Of a stretch of 64,000 nucleotides of DNA, positions 60,508 to 64,000 are shown piece by piece. A program made the position numbers and the translations under genes. Where the stretch lies: NCBI GenBank assembly GCA_043743165.1, contig JAYTXA010000055.1:11123-75122 (forward strand), given 5' to 3'. Below the pieces are notes generated by a model. That model saw only the letters and a list, made by a program, of their open reading frames with translations, ran no database searches and was not told the DNA's origin. Source of the stretch: Acidobacteriota bacterium. GTDB lineage: Bacteria > Acidobacteriota > Vicinamibacteria > Vicinamibacterales > CAVVIG01. Positions within the stretch are counted from its first letter, which is position 1. The number at the start of each line of letters is the position of its first letter.

Positions 60508-63500
60508 CTAGAACTGGATTGCCGCTGTCACGCGCGCGATCCGGGGATCCAGGAACGTCGTCGGACGCAGCCAGCGCGTGCCATAGGTCGTCTGGACGTT
60601 CTGAATCGAATTGTTGTTCAAGGCATTGTAGAGGTCGAACGCGACACGGAGCTTGGCCCAGCCAATGTCCAGGTTCTTGTTGATGGCGAGATCGAGCTGA
60701 TTGAAGCGCGGCCCATATACCGAGTTTGGCGTGACCAGGTTCACGGCTTGTGGGGTGGTCAGCGTCGATGCCGCGCGGCCGTTCTTGAACGTGATGTTGG
60801 CGGCCGACGCGGTCAGCACCGCATTCTGAAGCGCACCACGGGTGTTGCGGTAGATGAAGCTGCCGTTGAAGCCGCCCTTGATCGGGACGCTGCCGTTGAA
60901 GCGGAAGTCCATGGTGTTCTTCCAGGCAATCACGGCCCGACACGCTCCATCACCGCTGGAGTTGTAGCCGGTGAACGTGGTCCCGCCGAGCGAGCCAGTG
61001 ACGTCGATCGGCTGATTGGGGACGTCGACCGTGAAGCAGTGGTCATCGACGTTTCGGCCCATGTCGATGCCCCCACCAACCTTGACGTTTCCGGGCAGCC
61101 GGCCGTCGAGGCTGACCCAGGCGCCGTCCCAGTACCTCTGCGGCAGTTTGGTATTGCCGTTCTTGTCGACGAAGTCCTTGGCGTTGGTCACGCGCAGCGT
61201 GCCCTGACCGAAGAGCGACGGCTTCACATCGTAGAAGCCGCACCGGGTCTGACCGGAGGTGGACAAGCGCGCGTCGGTCGGAACGGTAATGCAGAACTCG
61301 TCGTAGTCACTCGGTCCGAGGAGGGTGTTCTCGGTAACGGTGAAGTTGCCGTCCCAGTTGTGGTTGTAGCCAACGGAGAGCGAGAGACCGTGGAGGACTT
61401 CGTGTTGCAGGTCGACGTTGACGTCCCACAGGAAGTCCCGGTTGTTGAGCAATACCGAGTCGGAGAAGGTGACGGCGGCGGCGTTGAACTGCCCGAAGAA
61501 CGCGCTGCTCATCGGACCGCAGATGTCCCCCCCGCTGGCGCTGAGGTCCTGGGCCGTCAGATTTCGGATGTCGCAGTCCGGAGTGTAATTGCCGTTCACG
61601 TCCGTCCAGCTGCGGAACGCATTGTTGACCGATGAGTTGATCGGGTTGACCCGCCCGGTCAGGTCGGATCGGCTCAGCTGATTGTAGCGGCCCATCGACA
61701 CCTTCAGCGCCGTCCGGCCGTTGCCGAAAATGTCGATCGCGGTGCCAACGCGTGGGTTGATGTCGTTCCAGAGAGGCACGCTCGAACGCTCGGCTGCCTT
61801 ACGAGCCGGCACATAGGGACCAGCAGCGAGGTTGGCTTCGAGATAGCCGATGTTGATGCGGTCGTACCGAAGGCCGAGATTGAGCGTCATGCGCCCGAGC
61901 TTCCACGCGTCCTGCGCGAAGACACCGAGCTCCATACTCTGGCGGGTCTGGATGAACCACGGCTGGGCGAAGTACTGGAGTCTGATCGGCTTGCCGTTGA
62001 GGAAATCGTAGTTCAGGCCGTCCACCTGATTGTTGCGATCACGCGACTCGTCGTTGAATCCCTGCTCGTTGGTCACACCAACCTTGACGTTGTGCGTGCC
62101 GGTGACATAAGAGACGGTGAAGCGCTCGGCGCTGCGACCGGTCCGGGCCTTCGGTGCGGTCAGCCGCGCTGGCGCGCCATAGCGATAGCCCGTCGCACCT
62201 TCGAGAATCGAGCGATCGTTCTGGGTCACTCCATCCTGCGCGAAATTCACCCAGTTAGCCGTCTGCCACGACGCGCCTGCCTCGAGCAGCAGACGACTCG
62301 TGATGGGAGCCGTCCATGTGCCCTGCACCACACCCGACGGAAACCAGTCCCAGCCGGTCTCGTTCTCGATCGCGTTGGCGCCGGTGAAGGGGCCCGTGGT
62401 GCACCGGCAGTCTTTCTGAATGTCCCCGTACACGTTGATGCGGTTCTTGGGCGTGACCTGGGCGGTGATGCGGCCCGCGTGCGTGCGGTACCAGTCGAAG
62501 CTGTTAGCCGGCCGCACGGTGCCCAGGTTGGGATCGCCCAGCGCCGAACTGGCGTACGGGCTACCGGGCTGACCCGGGTAGAAGAGCGTCGGCGTGACGC
62601 CGGCGAAACCCTTGGCGAGGCCGAACGTTGGATTGCCGGCCTGAGCCTTGCCCTGCAGCGGATTGTAGAACGCGCTCGGCTGCTGAACAGTGGAGCCCCA
62701 CCGTCCAATGGCGGCGAAGAACCAGATCTTGTCCTGCTTGATCGGCCCGCCGAACTGGATGCCCATGCGATAGATCCGCTGAACTTCCGCTGCGGAGTTG
62801 ACGCCCTGACTGGCGGCGAGCGCCGCGTTGCCAAGCGTCCAGTCGTTCAGGTTGCTGCGGACGTTGGCGCCCTGCATGGCACCGTTCGAGAAGTAGCCGT
62901 CGAGGCCACCAGCGAACGTATTGCTGCCGCTCTTCGGAATCGCGTTGAGCGACGTGCTGCCCGAACCCGCTTCCGCGCCCATGCCGCTCGTTTCGATCTG
63001 CAGCTCCTGGATGTTGCCCTGGTCGGTGATGTAGCCGACGCCAGACGCCGCATCAACGAAGTACTGGTTACGGAAGCCGTCGAAGTTGGCGCGCGTGCCG
63101 GTCTTGCCGTGGAACAGCGTGTAGTTGCCCTGCGCCGACCAGGTGTCGCGCGTGCCGCCGACGTCCGCCTGCGTCGCGGCGAAGCCGGGGGTGACATACG
63201 CCAGCGTTTGGAGGCCAACATTTCCGCTCGGCAGCGATTCGAGTTCGCTGGCGTTCAGCGTCTCCTGCTTGCGCATGCTGGTCGTGTCGACGACCGGCGC
63301 CGCGCCGCTGACCGTGATGGTCTCTTCGAGCGACCCCACCTGCATCGCGATGTTCACCGTGGCCGTGAAGCCGGTACCCAGCGTGATGCCGTCGCGCTTG
63401 ACGGTTGAAAAGCCGGTGAGGCTGAACGTCACCGCATACGTGCCGGGGCGGAGGTCGACGACGCTGAAGCGTCCCTCGCCGTCGGTCGTCACAGTGCGCA

Positions 63501-63690
63501 CCTTTTCGATGAGCGCCGGACTTGCCGCCTCAACCGTCACGCCCGGCATCGCCAGGCCCGACGTATCGCGCACAACACCCGCGATACCGCTGGCCTGCTG
63601 CGCCCACGCGGGTGCATTCAGCGCCAGGAATCCGATTGCAACGAGACCGAAGGCTACCGCCCTCGTCTGAACCCTGATCCACTGTGTCAC
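60508..63690 (-). CDS. Oar-like TonB-dependent receptor with carboxypeptidase-regulatory-like N-domain
   Basis: IAGVVRDTSGLAMPGVTVEAASPALIEK; ETITVSG; KSGSN; QDAWK...LNLGLRYD; C-terminal Phe. Confidence 0.92.
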   Translation of the reverse strand: MTQWIRVQTRAVAFGLVAIGFLALNAPAWAQQASGIAGVVRDTSGLAMPGVTVEAASPALIEKVRTVTTDGEGRFSVVDLRPGTYAVTFSLTGFSTVKRDGITLGTGFTATVNIAMQVGSLEETITVSGAAPVVDTTSMRKQETLNASELESLPSGNVGLQTLAYVTPGFAATQADVGGTRDTWSAQGNYTLFHGKTGTRANFDGFRNQYFVDAASGVGYITDQGNIQELQIETSGMGAEAGSGSTSLNAIPKSGSNTFAGGLDGYFSNGAMQGANVRSNLNDWTLGNAALAASQGVNSAAEVQRIYRMGIQFGGPIKQDKIWFFAAIGRWGSTVQQPSAFYNPLQGKAQAGNPTFGLAKGFAGVTPTLFYPGQPGSPYASSALGDPNLGTVRPANSFDWYRTHAGRITAQVTPKNRINVYGDIQKDCRCTTGPFTGANAIENETGWDWFPSGVVQGTWTAPITSRLLLEAGASWQTANWVNFAQDGVTQNDRSILEGATGYRYGAPARLTAPKARTGRSAERFTVSYVTGTHNVKVGVTNEQGFNDESRDRNNQVDGLNYDFLNGKPIRLQYFAQPWFIQTRQSMELGVFAQDAWKLGRMTLNLGLRYDRINIGYLEANLAAGPYVPARKAAERSSVPLWNDINPRVGTAIDIFGNGRTALKVSMGRYNQLSRSDLTGRVNPINSSVNNAFRSWTDVNGNYTPDCDIRNLTAQDLSASGGDICGPMSSAFFGQFNAAAVTFSDSVLLNNRDFLWDVNVDLQHEVLHGLSLSVGYNHNWDGNFTVTENTLLGPSDYDEFCITVPTDARLSTSGQTRCGFYDVKPSLFGQGTLRVTNAKDFVDKNGNTKLPQRYWDGAWVSLDGRLPGNVKVGGGIDMGRNVDDHCFTVDVPNQPIDVTGSLGGTTFTGYNSSGDGACRAVIAWKNTMDFRFNGSVPIKGGFNGSFIYRNTRGALQNAVLTASAANITFKNGRAASTLTTPQAVNLVTPNSVYGPRFNQLDLAINKNLDIGWAKLRVAFDLYNALNNNSIQNVQTTYGTRWLRPTTFLDPRIARVTAAIQF

Positions 63691-63822
63691 TAAGCCCTCC
63701 GGGAATTTTCGGCTGCCATCTCGAGGAACTGAGTTCTGTAAGCCGGGCCGTTTTGTAACACGTTTGTATTAGTGACGCCTGTCGCAAATTGTCGCAGACG
63801 ATCGTCGCAGTTGTCGGAAATG

Positions 63823-63858
63823 AAAAAGCCCACCAGCGGATCCAATCCGCTGGTGGGC
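63823..63858 (-). terminator. Intrinsic terminator
   Basis: 13-bp perfect stem GCCCACCAGCGGA/TCCGCTGGTGGGC followed by TTTTT on the minus strand. Confidence 0.85.
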
Positions 63859-63891
63859 GTGACTTGCCGCGAAGCGTCGTGGCCGGACGGT

Positions 63892-64000
63892 TCAGTCCTG
63901 ACGGGTGCCGAGGCTCGAGGGGGTGACGTCGAGCACGTTCTTGTCGATGGTCATGATGCCGCCGACCGCCACGGCCGCGAGGCCGATGTAGATCAGCGCC
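63892..64000 (-). CDS. 3' part of a paralog of 60108..60425
   Basis: Encodes ...YIGLAAVAVGGIMTIDKNVLDVTPSSLGTRQD*, the same peptide with synonymous changes. Confidence 0.85.
   Translation of the reverse strand, partial: ALIYIGLAAVAVGGIMTIDKNVLDVTPSSLGTRQD

Overview
GC-rich bacterial chromosomal DNA. The gene repertoire (Oar-like TonB receptor, four CRTAC1/ASPIC-UnbV proteins, an ECF sigma/Ser-Thr kinase pair, GTAG-type REPs) suggests Acidobacteriota, probably Vicinamibacteria; this is inference only. About 60 CDS, with no rRNA, tRNA or CRISPR array recognised. Housekeeping genes include argA, ilvA, mutM, a DEDDh exonuclease, nfeD-stomatin and a MacAB-like ABC operon. The most unusual part is a plastic region at about 9.7-20.6 kb. 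One WYL/HTH regulator gene occurs there as four co-oriented pieces from at least three alleles, with mostly synonymous differences where the 3' ends were compared. Accessory cargo lies between the pieces: a Zn-ribbon gene plus an orphan DUF2283 gene, a ParE/RelE addiction module, and a SagB-like nitroreductase. Nearby are an IS21 remnant, two nucleotidyltransferase TA-like pairs, several orphan antitoxin-like genes and several pseudogenes. The window also has REP palindromes, including a nested 74-bp composite present twice and a REP doublet probably translated in frame, and many apparently leaderless genes. All family assignments come from motif recognition, not database searches.
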